Assembly: GCA_964514855.1 (NCBI GenBank)
Contig: CAZESZ010000001.1
Coordinates: forward strand, 1 to 38,786
Source of the DNA: an uncultured Candidatus Peribacteria bacterium
Lineage (GTDB): Bacteria; Patescibacteriota; Gracilibacteria; Peribacterales; Peribacteraceae
Length of the DNA stretch: 38,786 nt
Direction: 5' to 3'
Part shown: piece by piece, positions 37,803-38,786 of the stretch
Numbering within the stretch: position 1 is the first letter of the stretch
Layout: every line of letters starts with the position of its first letter
Program-made: the position numbers and the translations under genes
Notes under the pieces: model-generated
What the model saw: the letters and a program-made list of their open reading frames with translations, nothing else
Databases searched by the model: none
What the model was told of the DNA's origin: nothing

Positions 37803-38786
37803 TTACACATGCACCCTGGTCGACTGCAGATACTCGCCGTAATTTAGCTTCTTGGACTCTTTCTTCGTGACCGGTAATTCTGCGCCGTCATGGAGCATCG
37901 TGAGGACGAAGGCGTCTGATCCAGAACCCGAACCGTACGACACCACCAGCAGACGCTCATCTTTCTTCGCTTTCTCCAGGACGAAGCTGAGGCCGAGCGG
38001 TGAACACGCCGAGTACGTATTGCCGATGTGCGGAACGATGAATCCGGTTTCAAGCTGTTTCTCGGTGAAGCCAAGCCGCTTCGCCGCGACGAGCGGGAAC
38101 TTGGCGTTCGGCATGTGGAGCACGACGTGTGCGAAATCTTCCGACTGTAGATGCTCGCGTTGCATCATTTCTTTTGCCGCTATTTCGATGTGGTGAAAGT
38201 ACGCAGGTTCGCCAGTGAACCGTCCCGCGTGCGATGGGTGGCGGTCCTCGGCACCGCGCCAGAAGTCGGGTGTGTCTGTGGTGTAGGAAAGTGTGGCGTC
38301 AATGCGGCAGAGTCCGGGTTTCTTCTTCGTTGGGAGTCCGATGACAAATGCCGCCGCTCCGGCCGCTGCCGAATATTCCAGCGCGTCGCCGGGCTTGCTC
38401 TGTGCGGTGTCTGCGCCGATGGCGAGGCCCATCGTGATCTGCTTGCTTTCGGCCATCGCGGAGACGATCTGCACCGCAGCGGTTCCGGCTTTGCACGCAA
38501 ATTCCAGATCTGCTGCACGGCAGAATGGACTGAGCTGCAGCGCGCTCACGAGCATACCGCTCGTTGGCTTCACGGCATACGGATGACTTTCGGATCCCAC
38601 GTACACGGCATCGATCTTTTGTGGGTCGATTTCACCGGTGTCGATAGCCATCTTTGCGGCTTCCCACGCGATGGTGAACGTATCTTCGTCCGACTCTGGT
38701 ACGGATTTTTCGATGATGCCAAGGCCGTCAGCTTGTTCGGTCCCGCGCCTCCAGTGCGCCGCGATGGTCTTCGCCTCGATGCGGTT
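37803..38786 (-). CDS. HMG-CoA synthase, archaeal type (5' end beyond the window)
   Basis: The frame stays open from ATG 38651 up to 38786 (NRIEAKTIAAHW..EDTFTIAWEAAK-MAIDTG..). Cys in DLEFACKAGT and His in VVLHMPNAKFP. Confidence 0.85.
   Translation of the reverse strand, partial: NRIEAKTIAAHWRRGTEQADGLGIIEKSVPESDEDTFTIAWEAAKMAIDTGEIDPQKIDAVYVGSESHPYAVKPTSGMLVSALQLSPFCRAADLEFACKAGTAAVQIVSAMAESKQITMGLAIGADTAQSKPGDALEYSAAAGAAAFVIGLPTKKKPGLCRIDATLSYTTDTPDFWRGAEDRHPSHAGRFTGEPAYFHHIEIAAKEMMQREHLQSEDFAHVVLHMPNAKFPLVAAKRLGFTEKQLETGFIVPHIGNTYSACSPLGLSFVLEKAKKDERLLVVSYGSGSGSDAFVLTMLHDGAELPVTKKESKKLNYGEYLQSTRVHV

Noticed and set aside
1-38786. Alternative genetic code (UGA recoded, as in some CPR lineages).
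   Set aside because: Well-conserved proteins terminate at TGA at the expected lengths (for example ftsX at 8263-8265 and the giant GT-C at 31937-31939). TGA also takes part in ATGA stop/start overlaps. No conserved protein is interrupted by an in-frame TGA.

Overview
This is a gene-dense chromosomal window with about 41 protein genes and 2 tRNAs. It uses the standard genetic code (TGA is used as a stop, including in ATGA start/stop overlaps).

Gene content suggests a CPR/Patescibacteria-like bacterium, possibly Peregrinibacteria-like. The clues are a T4SS-pilin-like small protein, VanW, a minimal SufS-SufU system, archaeal-type mevalonate genes and almost no Shine-Dalgarno sites. This taxonomic call is a low-confidence inference.

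Left to right:
- ABC exporter, flavin amine oxidase, class A PBP, pilin-like protein, TPR protein, FtsX, RecO, VanW, RNase HI
- DUF1858-HesB fusion, S41 protease, Ndk, M16 peptidase, rpmH (hidden inside a longer track ORF)
- a RelE/Phd toxin-antitoxin pair, PduO-type adenosyltransferase, PheT, tRNA-Ser
- a glycosylation region with an ALG10/DIE2-like GT-C, a PMT/ArnT-like GT-C, rpmB, a GT2-GT4 fusion and an M50 protease
- an AT-richer islet (GNAT, tRNA-Thr, LAGLIDADG-like endonuclease), then SufU-SufS
- an operon of a giant GT-C candidate, a polyprenyl-phosphate-sugar-synthase-like GT2, DUF2304 and two GT4 genes
- a convergent archaeal-type HMG-CoA synthase / thiolase / DUF35 cluster, in which DUF35 is fused to a guanylate-kinase-fold domain

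Most interesting observations:
1. The DUF35::kinase fusion.
2. A eukaryote/archaea-like lipid-linked glycosylation toolkit next to mevalonate genes.
3. Strictly 7-nt-phased repeat arrays at gene junctions and inside a glycosyltransferase CDS.
4. In-frame palindromic inserts in both GT4 genes.
5. A pervasive promoter layout that implies leaderless mRNAs.

Everything was done by eye from the sequence and the ORF track. No searches, folding or statistics were run.
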